From positions 224,293 through 288,292 of the forward strand of contig CAZWPK010000001.1 of NCBI GenBank assembly GCA_964635905.1: DNA of 64,000 nucleotides, given 5' to 3'. The notes beneath the pieces are model-generated. The model searched no databases. It saw only the letters and a list, made by a program, of their open reading frames with translations, and was not told where the DNA came from. Numbering within the stretch: the stretch's first letter is position 1; each line of letters starts with the position of its first letter. Of this stretch, positions 37,438-48,839 are shown in pieces. The translations under genes and the position numbers were made by a program. Origin of the DNA: an uncultured Pseudomonadales bacterium (GTDB lineage Bacteria; Patescibacteriota; Microgenomatia; UBA1400; UBA12028).

Positions 37438-37650
37438 TTACAGATTCCACGCAATCAACAGAATAATCCCCACAATAATGACTCCAACCAGGAGTGTTTT
37501 GACGATGTCAAAACGTAAACTTCTTTTTGTCGGGACCGGCAGGGGATCCGATGGTTTCTTCTTTAAGGCTTTGGTATCCAGCTTGTAGGTAAGTTCTAAC
37601 GCGGATATCTGTTGACTGGCATCCAGTTGATGACGGCGTTGTATTCCCAT
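37438..37650 (-). CDS. Small membrane protein
   Basis: 70 aa with a C-terminal TM. Confidence 0.6.
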   Translation of the reverse strand: MGIQRRHQLDASQQISALELTYKLDTKALKKKPSDPLPVPTKRSLRFDIVKTLLVGVIIVGIILLIAWNL

Positions 37651-37778
37651 AGATACAACCTATCTTAATCTATCGCTGCCTTGACTACCAGACCCTCAAC
37701 AGGTTTTCATGGACTGTCATTTTTTAAATCTGTTTGATACCATGATCTGTATTGGTTTTTTTGTTACAAGGAAATCGT

Positions 37779-38984
37779 ATGCAGCCAAAACAGATTGGTA
37801 CACTTGTCGCTCTCTATATCGCTACCACGGCTATTGCCTTTGGTGGGTTTAAATTGGCCTTTGCCAATGGAGCTGTGGCTCCTGTGGGAAGTGCTGGTGG
37901 GGGACTTGCGAACTTAATTTCTCCCTCCGTCCCTAAGAGCTCTGGAGGTGTGAATGTTGACTCTTCACTGCCAAAGACAGAGGAATGTCCCATTAATGGT
38001 GCCATGTATACCAAGCCAGAAGCAGAAGCTTGGGCAAAACGCCGTCCCTTGGCAGTCATGATCGAAAACCACATGGATGCCCGACCCCAATCGGGACTCT
38101 CCAAAGCAGATGTCATTTATGAAGCTGTTGCGGAAGGTGGGATCACCCGCTTCATGGGACTCTTCTATTGTGCCGCACAAGCCAAAGATACCATCGTCGC
38201 TCCCGTACGTAGTGCACGTTCCTATTTTATTGAATGGGCCAGTGACTATAACAATCCTCTCTATGTTCACGTGGGTGGAGCGAATAACTTTGGAAACGAT
38301 GGCACGGATAAACGGGTTCAAGCGCTTGAACAGCTCACCACCTATGGATGGGCACAGGTTAACGACATTGATGGTCGTGGCGTCTCGTATCCCGTCTTTG
38401 CACGGAACTATAATCGTATTCCTGGAAAAGATTTAGCCACCGAACACACGATGGAATCCTCTACGAGTCGAGTTTGGGAATTTGCCGCGACCAAGCGTGG
38501 ATTAACCAACAAAGACAAGAAGGGGACAGACTGGAGTACTGGATTTGTAAAATGGACGTTTGCGGATGATGCCGCTGCCAGCGGAGCAACCCAGAAGATC
38601 TCCTATGAATTCTGGGAAGGCTTTACGCAGTTTGCTGTCCAATGGAACTATGATGCGACGAGTAACACATACCTTCGTACCATGGCTGGTGAAAAACACG
38701 TTGACCTAAACGATGGTAAACAATTGGCAACCAAGAATGTGGTTGTTCTCTTCACCAAAGAAGAAGGCCCTGTGGATGTGCATAAGCACATGTGGTATCA
38801 GACGGCAGGAAGCGGGAAAGCAATTATCTTCCAAAATGGGAAGCGTGTCGATGCAACCTGGAGCAAGAAAGATAGAACCTCCAGACTTACCTTTACGGAT
38901 GCCAAAGGGAAAGCAATCTCCTTTGTCCGCGGTCAAATTTGGATTAGTGTCCTACAAACCAATACTCCTGTAACCGTGGAGTAG
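37779..38984 (+). CDS. DUF3048 domain protein
   Basis: RPLAVMIEN...ARPQSGLSKAD, EAVAEGGITRF and PVRSARSY. Confidence 0.9.
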   Translation: MQPKQIGTLVALYIATTAIAFGGFKLAFANGAVAPVGSAGGGLANLISPSVPKSSGGVNVDSSLPKTEECPINGAMYTKPEAEAWAKRRPLAVMIENHMDARPQSGLSKADVIYEAVAEGGITRFMGLFYCAAQAKDTIVAPVRSARSYFIEWASDYNNPLYVHVGGANNFGNDGTDKRVQALEQLTTYGWAQVNDIDGRGVSYPVFARNYNRIPGKDLATEHTMESSTSRVWEFAATKRGLTNKDKKGTDWSTGFVKWTFADDAAASGATQKISYEFWEGFTQFAVQWNYDATSNTYLRTMAGEKHVDLNDGKQLATKNVVVLFTKEEGPVDVHKHMWYQTAGSGKAIIFQNGKRVDATWSKKDRTSRLTFTDAKGKAISFVRGQIWISVLQTNTPVTVE

Positions 38985-38993
38985 GAGAAACCT

Positions 38994-39281
38994 ATGTTAG
39001 AGGGCGCGAATTATCGTTGCTCAGTCTGCGGCATGCCACACTTTACAGCGAAGGAAGCAGAAGAGTGTAGTAAGATTCCTGTTCCTCTACATACCTTACA
39101 AGTAGGACAAGAAGTACCAATCCCATATCTCCAGCGCTCCGGCGTCATCATAGAATTAATTTCACAAGTGGCGGTGCTGACACATGAACGGTTCGTTCGG
39201 GTTAGGATACCTAACTACGACGATCAGAATTTAACCGAAGAGACTGCGCTTCGCTTTATTCACAGCGCGAAACGAGACTAG
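38994..39281 (+). CDS. Hypothetical protein with N-terminal Zn-finger-like motif
   Basis: YRCSVCG...AEEC; SD AGGAG. Confidence 0.6.
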   Translation: MLEGANYRCSVCGMPHFTAKEAEECSKIPVPLHTLQVGQEVPIPYLQRSGVIIELISQVAVLTHERFVRVRIPNYDDQNLTEETALRFIHSAKRD

Positions 39282-39359
39282 GGCACACTTGATCCTTTCG
39301 CTTGCCGTTGCGCGCAACACGATCTAGTGTAAAATTGAGCCAAGGATTTACTCACTCCT

Positions 39360-39959
39360 ATGGCCCAACTCTCTGATTTCATGCTCTCTAAAGTTCGTGT
39401 GGAACTCATCGAACTGTTTTTTTCCAAACCCTCTGAGATGTGGTATGTGCGTGAGCTCACCCGTCTGACTGGAGAAGAGATCAATGCGGTGCGACGCGAA
39501 CTTTCCCGCATGCAAGAAGTAGGGATGGTGCGAAATGAAGAGCGCGGCAATCGTCTGTACTACATGCTCAATCCTCAATATGAATTTTTTCCCGATCTTC
39601 TCACGATGGTTGCAAAGACTACGGGACTGGGAAAAGATTTGCGCAAAAACAAAAAGAAACTTGGTGATGTGAAATTTATCATGTTCTCCGGACCCTTTGC
39701 TCGGTTTGGCAAGCGCTTGCATACCGATGTGGACATTTTGGTGGTCGGCAATATTGTGCTTCCAGAAATGTCAGCCTTAGTGAAGGCAGAGGAGTCAAAG
39801 CGCGGTCACGAGATCAACTATACCGTGATGACAGAAGAAGAATTTTTATTTCGAAAGAATCGCCGTGATCCATTTCTGCGCGACATTTTAGCAGGGAGTC
39901 GCGTTATGATCATTGGAGATGAGGATAGTTTGCTGGAAGTGAAGCCTCAATTGGGATAA
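39360..39959 (+). CDS. wHTH plus minimal nucleotidyltransferase-like protein
   Basis: HTH YVRELTRLTGEEINAVRRELSRM; NTase-like FSGPFAR...TDVDILVVG. Confidence 0.8.
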   Translation: MAQLSDFMLSKVRVELIELFFSKPSEMWYVRELTRLTGEEINAVRRELSRMQEVGMVRNEERGNRLYYMLNPQYEFFPDLLTMVAKTTGLGKDLRKNKKKLGDVKFIMFSGPFARFGKRLHTDVDILVVGNIVLPEMSALVKAEESKRGHEINYTVMTEEEFLFRKNRRDPFLRDILAGSRVMIIGDEDSLLEVKPQLG

Positions 39960-39968
39960 GTGGGCGCT

Positions 39969-40238
39969 ATGATGTTCCTATTCAATTGTGTGACGTTAAT
40001 CCTCTCCATCCTGTATCTGTATGGAGCCTTTCGTTTCCTATTGCCCCAAGTATTACGTGCGTCCAAACAACCTGACTGTACAGTTGATAATTCTGGCTCA
40101 AAACGGCGCACCTTCGTGCGAAAAGACGAAGCGCTAAAAGCGGCCATCGTCTACGTCCTATTATTCTTCCTCTCGATCATCGCTATCCTCTCGACACTGT
40201 TTCCCGCGCTTCCCAACATGTTGTTAACGGCGATCTAA
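39969..40238 (+). CDS. Small two-TM membrane protein
   Basis: Two hydrophobic segments; ATG at 39969, GTG at 39960. Confidence 0.55.
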   Translation: MMFLFNCVTLILSILYLYGAFRFLLPQVLRASKQPDCTVDNSGSKRRTFVRKDEALKAAIVYVLLFFLSIIAILSTLFPALPNMLLTAI

Positions 40239-40283
40239 ACGAAAATCCCTTACTTGAAAAAGTGAAGCTTACGGTAAAAAATA

Positions 40284-41711
40284 ATGGTCATGTCATTTTT
40301 CTCTGCACTGCGTTTCTATCTGCTTTTTCTTGTAGTGACTGTCATTGCATTCGTGCTGTTGCTTCCAAAGACTTTGACGATTAATCTTGGATCGGAGCAG
40401 TTGTGCCAGCAGCGTTTTGCTCCCATGCTATGTAAAAACTTGCCACTTGCTCCAATTACGATCCATCGACCAGATCTTTCGTTTTCCATCTTTGGAAAGA
40501 CCTTCGCGCGTGATCTTAATACCATTCTTGGTCTAGATCTAAATGGGGGAACCCAAGTCACCCTCCGTGCGAATTTGGCATCAATTCCGGCGGATCAACA
40601 CGCTACTGTTTCCGCTGGGGTCAAAGAGATCTTAACCAGGCGTCTAAAGGACTATGGAGTCCTGGATGCACAATTTTCCACACTCTCCCAAAAAGATGCC
40701 ATCGAATTGGATATCGTACTGCGTCCCCAAGGGAATATGGAAACGATAAAAGCATTGTTAGGTACAACGGCAAAACTTGATTTTCGCGAATACAAACCGG
40801 CCAACGGATCGATGAGTGCGACTCCCTCTGCTCAGGTAAAGGACTATCTTCCTACGGACTTAACCGGAAAAGAATTACTGCAGGCTGCCGTTCTTACGGA
40901 TCCGCAAACGCAACAACCTAGTGTGGGAATCGCCTTTACCTCCACTGGCACCCAAAAGTTTGCAGTGCTCACACGGAATAACATCGGAAAACCATTAGCA
41001 ATTTTCTTGGATGACTATCCCATTAGTGTCCCGAAGGTGGACAAAGAGATTACGGATGGGCGTGCCATGATTCGTGGTGATTTTTCCCTCGATCAGGCAC
41101 GGTCGCTTGCCGCTGTCTTAAATTCGGGACCACTTCCTGTGGATGTCGGAGTTGTCTCGATGCAGACAGCAGAACCACTCTTCGGGCAGCAAACCTTCTC
41201 TCTCCTCATCAAGGTGGGAATCGTTGGATTTTTTGCAGTGGGTTTGAGTCTTCTCTTACTCTACCGACTCAAAGGGGTCTTAGGTACCATCGTGATTGCC
41301 TTTTTAATCCTCATCTCATTAGTACTGTATAAACTGCTGTTAATCCCCATTACCATAGCAGGAATTGTGGGCATGTTTCTGTCGCTCTGTATTGCAGTGG
41401 ATACCATTATCTTGGGATTTGAGCGTCTACGGGAACTGGAAACAGACGGTGCAAGAAAAACCATTCCCACGCTGTTGTCATTGTCCTTTAAGAAAAATAG
41501 AGCGGCGATCACGGACGCCAATTTCTTCATTGTGGTGATGTGTGTCTGTCTTGCCAACCCCTTTGATTGGAACTTTCTGGTGCAGTCCCCAGTCGCACGA
41601 AGTTTTGGCTTGACCCTTGCGATCGGGATTCTCCTCAACGCGATCCTGGGACAATTACTCTTGAAGGTATTGTTGACCCTCTTTTATCATCCAAAGGCAG
41701 GTACCGTATGA
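40284..41711 (+). CDS. secD: Protein translocase subunit SecD
   Basis: LGLDLNGG, GKPLAIFLD, LNSGPLP, GIVG...IAVDTIILGFER and AITDAN. Confidence 0.92.
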   Translation: MVMSFFSALRFYLLFLVVTVIAFVLLLPKTLTINLGSEQLCQQRFAPMLCKNLPLAPITIHRPDLSFSIFGKTFARDLNTILGLDLNGGTQVTLRANLASIPADQHATVSAGVKEILTRRLKDYGVLDAQFSTLSQKDAIELDIVLRPQGNMETIKALLGTTAKLDFREYKPANGSMSATPSAQVKDYLPTDLTGKELLQAAVLTDPQTQQPSVGIAFTSTGTQKFAVLTRNNIGKPLAIFLDDYPISVPKVDKEITDGRAMIRGDFSLDQARSLAAVLNSGPLPVDVGVVSMQTAEPLFGQQTFSLLIKVGIVGFFAVGLSLLLLYRLKGVLGTIVIAFLILISLVLYKLLLIPITIAGIVGMFLSLCIAVDTIILGFERLRELETDGARKTIPTLLSLSFKKNRAAITDANFFIVVMCVCLANPFDWNFLVQSPVARSFGLTLAIGILLNAILGQLLLKVLLTLFYHPKAGTV

Positions 41712-42607
41712 GACATGGAATACTTTCGACAAACAGCACAACCTATCTGATTGTTTCTGCGCTCTTTGTATCTGTGTGTTCACTATTGATTTGGCGGTTT
41801 CCTCTGCGCTTTGGGATTGAATTTGCCGGTGGAGTAGTCCATGAAGTTCGGATTGAAACCCAAGAGGGGAGAGTAGCTACCACTGCAATCACCGCAGCAG
41901 TCGCACCCATCGCCGAACCAGTGTCGATCATCGGTACTGGGGAGTCGCAGTTTAGAATTGAGTTTCTACAACTGCCGGAAGAGAAACAACAGGAAATTGA
42001 ACAGGCTCTAGCCCCGTTGGGAACGGTAAAAACGGTCCAGCTTGCCCGAAAGGACCCAGCACTGGCTCCCACACTTCAACGGCAGGCAGTGATCACCCTA
42101 GGAGTAGCGCTGCTTTCCGTTTTAGTTCTGATTGGGATGCGCTTTAAATCGATCCCATTTGCCCTAGCTTCGCTACTAGCTGCAATCCATGATCTTGTAT
42201 TCCTTGTAGCTGTCAGCAGTGTGCTTAGTCACGTGACCAACTTTAGTGCCGACATGTTATGGGTGATTGCGATAGTAACGGGATTTTGTTTTTCAACGCA
42301 TGACACACTTGTCATTCTGAATAGATTAAGAGAACTACAAAAGATAGCACCAACCACACCCTTTCCACTCTTAGCAGATCAAACACTCCAGAGCACTATT
42401 GTTCGTAGTCTCCGGATGGGTCTCCTAACTAGTGCAGTGCTGCTTTCCTTGGTAGCCATCGGCCCTGCAAGTTTACAAGCCTTTGGCATTCTTTTATTCC
42501 TAGGTGTTCTAGTGGGGATGTACTCAAGCTTCTTTGTTGTACTGCCACTGTTGACTATGTTGAGATCACTTCAAGATACAGTCAGTACTCTCGCTATCAA
42601 ACCATAG
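41708..42607 (+). CDS. secF: Protein translocase subunit SecF
   Basis: FGIEFAGG, AIHDL, FSTHDTLVILNRLRE and GMYSS. Confidence 0.9.
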   Translation: MRHGILSTNSTTYLIVSALFVSVCSLLIWRFPLRFGIEFAGGVVHEVRIETQEGRVATTAITAAVAPIAEPVSIIGTGESQFRIEFLQLPEEKQQEIEQALAPLGTVKTVQLARKDPALAPTLQRQAVITLGVALLSVLVLIGMRFKSIPFALASLLAAIHDLVFLVAVSSVLSHVTNFSADMLWVIAIVTGFCFSTHDTLVILNRLRELQKIAPTTPFPLLADQTLQSTIVRSLRMGLLTSAVLLSLVAIGPASLQAFGILLFLGVLVGMYSSFFVVLPLLTMLRSLQDTVSTLAIKP

Positions 42608-42768
42608 TTCCATTAGTTCGTATTGATCAAGACTAGAGGTAGACAGCCTAGTATACTATTGCTATCTGGTGAGTGAAGGATGTATTTATAGCTACTGTGA
42701 TGCGTAAGAAAATACAGTTAGAATAGTGAACTCAATAGCAATCTAGCTGAATCAATCTAAGGAATACT

Positions 42769-44346
42769 ATGTCTGAAGAACAACGACGCCTTCTTGAGAA
42801 ACAACTGTGGGCCGTTGCAAATATTCTCCGCGGCAAGATGAATGCTGATGAATACCGAAACTATATCTTGGGATTCATCTTCTACAAATATCTTTCCGAA
42901 AAACTCGAAAAATTTGTCAACGAAAAGCTTCTTGCTAGAGAATCATACACATTTTCAACAATTGATGGAAAAAGCCCAAAGGGGAAATCTGTCCTAGAAG
43001 AAATAAAAGAGGCCTCCGTGGAGCATTTAGGCTTTTTTCTTAAGCCGACGGATTTGTTTGGTTTCTTGGTCAAAAAGGGGAACGGAGAAATATCAGGAGA
43101 AAGCACCTTCATTCTTGAAGATTTAAAAAATGTACTAAATACCATTGAACAAACGTCGATGGGTACTGCAAGTGAAGACGATTTCAAAGGTCTTTTTGAT
43201 GATGTGGTGTTGACCTCTCCAAAACTTGGGAAGTCTGAGCAAAAGAAAAATGAAGTCATCGTTGAGGTTTTGACGAAATTAAGCGAAATTGATTTCAGAC
43301 TTGAAGATTCAAAGAGTGATCTGCTGGGGGATGCCTACGAATACCTCATTGGTGAATTTGCCGCAGGTGCAGGCAAAAAGGGTGGCGAATTCTATACTCC
43401 AGCACAGGTTTCCAGATTACTTGCTCAAATTGTAACAGAAGGGAAAAAGCGCCTGAAATCAGTGTATGACCCGACTTGTGGCTCTGGCTCACTCCTCCTT
43501 CGTATTGGGGACTTTGCCAACGTGTCTACATACTACGGGCAAGAACTGAACCCAACCACCTACAATTTAGCCCGCATGAACATGATTCTGCATGGTGTGC
43601 CATTTGATAGTTTCAGCATCAGGCAAGGTGACACGCTTGTTGACGACATGCATTTGGATTTACAGGCTGAAGCGGTGGTGGCAAACCCTCCTTTTTCAGC
43701 AGAATGGAAAAGTGACAGTGACCCTCTCTTGGTTCAAGATGAGCGGTTTTCACAATATGGCAGGCTAGCACCAAAAAATAGGGCTGACTATGCTTTTGTT
43801 GCTCACATGCTTCACCACTTAGCCGAAAATGGAACTATGGCAGTAATTTTGCCTCATGGTGTACTTTTTGCTGGCGGTGCGAATGAAACAATTCGTAAGT
43901 ACATTCTTGAGAATCAAAACTCACTTGACGCAGTAATTGGATTGCCTTCTGATCTCTTTTATGGCACAGGTATTCCCGCAGTCGTCATGGTTTTCAAAAA
44001 GTGCAGAAAAGAGGATGACGACGTTCTCTTTATTGATGCTTCTAGAGAATTTGAAAAAGGAAAAAATCAAAATTGGCTAAGTGATGAAAATATCAATAAA
44101 ATATTTGAAACATATTCACAGAGAAAAGAAATCGAACGATATTCTCACAGAGCAAGACAGGACGAAATTAAGGAAAACGAGTTCAACCTAAACATACCAC
44201 GGTATGTTGATACGTTTGAAGAAGAGCCGGAATTGGACCTAAACAGAATAGCCAAAAATATAAGATCTCTTCAAAGGACTGAAATAGAGTCAAAAAAAAA
44301 TATTGCTGAATTTTGTAAAGAACTTAATATTGATAATCCATTTTAA
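42769..44346 (+). CDS. hsdM: Type I R-M system methyltransferase subunit
   Basis: GEFYTP, motif I YDPTCGSG, motif IV ANPPF and NLNIPRYV. Confidence 0.97.
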   Translation: MSEEQRRLLEKQLWAVANILRGKMNADEYRNYILGFIFYKYLSEKLEKFVNEKLLARESYTFSTIDGKSPKGKSVLEEIKEASVEHLGFFLKPTDLFGFLVKKGNGEISGESTFILEDLKNVLNTIEQTSMGTASEDDFKGLFDDVVLTSPKLGKSEQKKNEVIVEVLTKLSEIDFRLEDSKSDLLGDAYEYLIGEFAAGAGKKGGEFYTPAQVSRLLAQIVTEGKKRLKSVYDPTCGSGSLLLRIGDFANVSTYYGQELNPTTYNLARMNMILHGVPFDSFSIRQGDTLVDDMHLDLQAEAVVANPPFSAEWKSDSDPLLVQDERFSQYGRLAPKNRADYAFVAHMLHHLAENGTMAVILPHGVLFAGGANETIRKYILENQNSLDAVIGLPSDLFYGTGIPAVVMVFKKCRKEDDDVLFIDASREFEKGKNQNWLSDENINKIFETYSQRKEIERYSHRARQDEIKENEFNLNIPRYVDTFEEEPELDLNRIAKNIRSLQRTEIESKKNIAEFCKELNIDNPF

Positions 44347-44348
44347 GT

Positions 44349-45536
44349 ATGGCTTCCAAATCCATAAAAAAACCAAAATTGAGATTTCCTAAGTTCACTT
44401 CTGAACTGCGTTTGTTCCAGCTTGGAAATGTGATAGAAGAGTATAGCGAAAAGACTAAGATTAATAATCAATACAAGGTGTTAACTTCATCGAGAAAGGG
44501 ACTATTAGCACAAGAGGAGTACTACGGTGATAGTAATAGGATAACTCAGCGCGAAAATGCTGGATTTAATATCATCCCCAATGGATTTCTAACTTATCGA
44601 TCTCGGAGCGATGATGGGAAGTTTCATTTTAACATAAACGATACGGGTGATTATGCTGCAATAAGTGTCTACTATCCAGTTTTTAGATGCAAAAGTGATA
44701 ATGAATTATATCTACTTAATCTATTAAATTCTAACTGGAAAAAACTATATAAATACAGCGTAGGAACATCTCAAAAAGTACTGTCTTTTAGAGACCTAAA
44801 AAGTATAGAATTCTTATTTCCAGAATTCGAAGAACAAAAAGAAATCTCAACTTTTTTTTCAAAGATTGACTGTTTCATCGATAATCTTAAAAAGCATAAA
44901 TGTGAGCTAGAGCTCTATAGAAAAGCGGTACTTCAACTGTTCTTTACTAAAAAAATTCTCTTTAAAGACAAAGAAGGTCGCGATTTCCCTGACTGGGAAC
45001 TAAAAAAAGCAGGTGAAATATTCGCAAACCACACTGATAAAAATCATCAGGGAGATTTGCCCTTATTAGCCGTTACCCAAGATCGTGGGGTAATCAAGAG
45101 AAGTGATTTAGATTTAAGAATCAATACGTCCGAAGCTGGTGTAAAGAGCTACAAAATTATTGATGTAGGTGACTTCGTAATAAGTTTAAGGTCCTTTCAA
45201 GGTGGTATTGAGTATTCGAATATCAGAGGTATCTCTAGTCCTGCATACACGGTATTGAGAAATAAAGTTCCCATCTGCCATGATTTTTTTAGAATTTACT
45301 TTAAAAAGGAAAGCTTTATCAAGCAGTTAAACTCAATGATCTATGGAATCCGTGATGGGAAACAAATTAGCTACTCAGAATTCAAGAATATGAAGCTTCC
45401 ATTTCCTTCGTTAGACGAGCAAAAGAAAATTGCTGACTTTATAAAATCACTTGATGAGTTAATTGTTCTCAAAGAAAAACAAATAGAAATGGCTGAGCAA
45501 TGGAAAAAGGGTCTGCTTCAACAAATGTTTGTATAA
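44349..45536 (+). CDS. hsdS: Type I R-M system specificity subunit
   Basis: PKLRFPKF; two TRDs each followed by P-x2-EEQK/DEQK helices; KKGLLQQMF; visibly AT-rich. Confidence 0.95.
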   Translation: MASKSIKKPKLRFPKFTSELRLFQLGNVIEEYSEKTKINNQYKVLTSSRKGLLAQEEYYGDSNRITQRENAGFNIIPNGFLTYRSRSDDGKFHFNINDTGDYAAISVYYPVFRCKSDNELYLLNLLNSNWKKLYKYSVGTSQKVLSFRDLKSIEFLFPEFEEQKEISTFFSKIDCFIDNLKKHKCELELYRKAVLQLFFTKKILFKDKEGRDFPDWELKKAGEIFANHTDKNHQGDLPLLAVTQDRGVIKRSDLDLRINTSEAGVKSYKIIDVGDFVISLRSFQGGIEYSNIRGISSPAYTVLRNKVPICHDFFRIYFKKESFIKQLNSMIYGIRDGKQISYSEFKNMKLPFPSLDEQKKIADFIKSLDELIVLKEKQIEMAEQWKKGLLQQMFV

Positions 45537-45541
45537 GAACT

Positions 45542-48340
45542 ATGACCCATCAATCTGAATTTCAACTTGAACAAGAATTACTTCAACAACTCATTTCACT
45601 TGGATTTGAGTTGGTTTCCGTTCCTGATAACGATGCTCTGACCATCAATCTCCGTTCTCAGCTTGAAAAATTCAATGAAGTGAAGTTTTCTGATACTGAG
45701 TTTTCTCGAATCCTCAATCACCTCCAAAAAGGAGATAGATTTCAGAAATCAAAAACGCTGCGTGATAGATTTGCGCTGACACGCGATGATGAGTCAATCT
45801 TTTATGTTCGTTTCTTCAACACTGAGAAACGGTGCAAGAATGAGTACCAGGTCACGCATCAGGTCAACCAAGAAGGCACCCATAAAAATCGCTATGACGT
45901 GACACTGCTGATCAATGGCTTTCCATTAGTACAAATTGAGTTAAAGCGTCGTGGCATGGAAATGAAGGAGGCATTCAACCAAATTCAACGCTACCATCGC
46001 CATTCTTTTGCAGGCACGCTTTTCGAATATGTCCAGATCTTCGTGATTTCAAATGGAGTAAATACGAAGTATTTCTCCAACAATCCGAAACAATCATTCG
46101 AGCAGACGTTCTACTGGACGGACAAAGACAATGTAAAAATTACAAAATTACGTCAGTTTACCGATATTTTTCTAGAGAAGTGCACGATATCAAAGATGAT
46201 TGCTGAATACATTGTGCTGGCTGAATCATTACAAATTCCGATGGTTCTTCGACCATACCAATACTATGCAGTGAACGCCATTGAACAACGAGTTCGAGAG
46301 TCTAGTAAAAACGGGTACATTTGGCATACAACAGGATCAGGCAAGACCTTAACTTCCTATAAGGCAAGTCAGGTTCTTGAGCGGATGCCCGAAGTGAAAA
46401 AAGTATTGTTTGTGGTGGATAGAAAAGATTTGGACATTCAAACCACCAAAGAGTTCAATTCATTCTCCGATGGGTCTGTGGATGGGACAAACAGTACCAC
46501 TCATTTGGTTAGACAGCTCAAAGATCCCAATCGTAAATTAATTGTTACAACAATTCAAAAGCTGGATATTGCTATCTCAAGAGAATCATATTTAGAACAA
46601 TTTCCAGGCTTACAACACGAAAAAATTGTAATCATTTTTGATGAGTGTCATCGAAGTCAATTTGGACAGACTCATGCTCGCATCTCCAATACCTTTAAAA
46701 ACGCACAACTGTTTGGTTTTACTGGAACTCCGATTTTTGCCGATAATAATGTGGGAGGTGTAACTACAGCAGATGTTTTTGGTGAGTGTTTGCACAAGTA
46801 CATCATTACCCATGCGATTGATGACAATAATGTGCTCGGATTTGCTGTTGAGTATGTAGGGAAGTATCGGCAGCGATATCCGGAAACACGCTTCACCGAC
46901 AACTTTGAAGAAGTTCAGGTGGAAGGAATAGACACTAAAGAGGTCTTAGAGAGTGATGACCGATTAAGTAAGATAACAGACTATGTGCTCACCGACTGGA
47001 AAAGAAAAACAAAAAATGGACAATTTAATGCGCTGTTTGCAACACCAAATATCGAGGTGCTCAAAAAGTACTACCGATTATTTAAGGAAAAAAAGCCTGA
47101 CTCCTTACGCATTGCCACGATCTTTACGTACCAGGCCAATGAAGATGAGAGTTCTGACATGTTGGACGTAGATGTATTTGCAGGCGAAGGTACGGTAGGG
47201 AATCTGCACTCCAGAGACTTTCTTGAAGCATGTATTACGGATTACAACGCATTGTACGGCACAAACTACTCAACCGAACGCTTCTATGATTACTATCGCA
47301 ATTTACAGGAAAGAATAAAGAATAAGCAGGTAGATCTTGTACTGGTAGTCAACATGTTTCTGACAGGTTTCGATAGTCCTCGGCTCAACACGCTCTATGT
47401 GGACAAAAACTTACGGTACCATGGCCTAGTTCAGGCCTATTCCCGTACCAACCGATTGCTAAACTCTACGAAGCCCCATGGAAACATTGTCTCTTTCAGA
47501 AATTTGAAGGAAAACACTGATCAAGCCTTGGCTCTCTTTGGTGATGAACATGCCAAAGAAGTCGTGTTTAAGAAACCCTATGAAGAACAGCAGCGGGACT
47601 TCGTGAAGGAACTTACTCTTCTCAAGGAGTCGGTACCAACAGTGGAGAGTGTTGATGATTTGCAGGGAGATGAGCAACGCTCAATCTTCGTAAAGTCTTT
47701 TCGTAACCTATTACGGATTAAATCATCACTTGAAACCTTTGCTGAATTTAGTTTTAGCGATCTTAGAATAACCGAACAAGAATTTTATGACTATCAAAGC
47801 AAATATTTAGATATTCACGAGGAGCGTAAGCGACATAGCCCAGCAGTTGAATCCATTCTTGATCAGATCGATTTTGAGCTTGAGCTCACAACAACTGATA
47901 TCATCAACTTTGACTACATCATTCAGCTCATATCAGGCTTGAAAAATATAAGCTCTGACACCATCAGAGAAAAGAAAACTGAAGATATCCTCAAATTGTT
48001 TGATAGAGATGTGAAGCTTCGCAAGAAGAAAGAACTCATTCGCAAGTTTATCGAAGAAAACCTACCCCAAATTTCAAGCGGGGACGATGTTGAGAAGGCA
48101 TTTGGCGCTTTTTGGAATAGTGAGCGATCAACTGCCTTAAAAGAAGTTGCCCAAGCGGAAAATATCTCTGTAGAGAGTCTTGAGGGAGTAATTAGTGAAT
48201 ACCTCTATACTCAAAAGCTACCGAAAGGGCAGGATATTATTGAATTGTTACCACAGACTCCGTTCATGTCGGAAAGGCAAAGTATCATCGATCGAGTGAG
48301 AAATGCGATACAAACTATTGTTGATATGTTCGAATGGTAA
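45542..48340 (+). CDS. hsdR: Type I R-M system restriction subunit (EcoR124/type IC-like)
   Basis: [49 protein letters not shown] and QAYSRTNR. Confidence 0.97.
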   Translation: MTHQSEFQLEQELLQQLISLGFELVSVPDNDALTINLRSQLEKFNEVKFSDTEFSRILNHLQKGDRFQKSKTLRDRFALTRDDESIFYVRFFNTEKRCKNEYQVTHQVNQEGTHKNRYDVTLLINGFPLVQIELKRRGMEMKEAFNQIQRYHRHSFAGTLFEYVQIFVISNGVNTKYFSNNPKQSFEQTFYWTDKDNVKITKLRQFTDIFLEKCTISKMIAEYIVLAESLQIPMVLRPYQYYAVNAIEQRVRESSKNGYIWHTTGSGKTLTSYKASQVLERMPEVKKVLFVVDRKDLDIQTTKEFNSFSDGSVDGTNSTTHLVRQLKDPNRKLIVTTIQKLDIAISRESYLEQFPGLQHEKIVIIFDECHRSQFGQTHARISNTFKNAQLFGFTGTPIFADNNVGGVTTADVFGECLHKYIITHAIDDNNVLGFAVEYVGKYRQRYPETRFTDNFEEVQVEGIDTKEVLESDDRLSKITDYVLTDWKRKTKNGQFNALFATPNIEVLKKYYRLFKEKKPDSLRIATIFTYQANEDESSDMLDVDVFAGEGTVGNLHSRDFLEACITDYNALYGTNYSTERFYDYYRNLQERIKNKQVDLVLVVNMFLTGFDSPRLNTLYVDKNLRYHGLVQAYSRTNRLLNSTKPHGNIVSFRNLKENTDQALALFGDEHAKEVVFKKPYEEQQRDFVKELTLLKESVPTVESVDDLQGDEQRSIFVKSFRNLLRIKSSLETFAEFSFSDLRITEQEFYDYQSKYLDIHEERKRHSPAVESILDQIDFELELTTTDIINFDYIIQLISGLKNISSDTIREKKTEDILKLFDRDVKLRKKKELIRKFIEENLPQISSGDDVEKAFGAFWNSERSTALKEVAQAENISVESLEGVISEYLYTQKLPKGQDIIELLPQTPFMSERQSIIDRVRNAIQTIVDMFEW

Positions 48341-48551
48341 TGCAAGAATGCATTGATGACTCAACTCCAAGTGTGTTAGAGCTTCAAAATGTTTTGGGAA
48401 GATTTCTAAAAAGCAACTGATTTCTCCTTCTTACAATTCTCGAGGTGTTAACTAAGTATTATACACGCAAATAATACCCCAAAGAAAGTCGTTGATTTTC
48501 CATCCTTCTTGAGGTTAAATCTATTTTTAAAAGCTAGTTGGAGGTCCAACT

Positions 48552-48743
48552 ATGATAGAGGCACAAATTGATAATGCTGCAGCAAGGCTTGCTGAAGCAG
48601 AACTCTTGCGTACAGTCGCAAAAGCTGACCAGAAGGCTGGCGAAGCTAAAACAATTCGATCGTCCGAATCTGACAAACGATCGCGCACACTACTTAGCGA
48701 ATCAGTTCCTTTCATCTATGTAGAGGGTGCTGTTCGTCAGTAA
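48552..48743 (+). CDS. Small hypothetical protein
   Basis: SD GGAGGT; 63 aa; own terminator. Confidence 0.55.
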   Translation: MIEAQIDNAAARLAEAELLRTVAKADQKAGEAKTIRSSESDKRSRTLLSESVPFIYVEGAVRQ

Positions 48744-48759
48744 ACTTATCTCGACACAC

Positions 48760-48790
48760 AAAAACCCCGTTTCATCGCGGGGTTTTTTTT
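48760..48790 (+). terminator. Intrinsic terminator
   Basis: AAAAACCCCG...CGGGGTTTTT plus further Ts. Confidence 0.8.
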
Positions 48791-48839
48791 ATCCCTCTCT
48801 TCTCGTACAATCAATCTAGTATCTTGCTATCATCATCCT

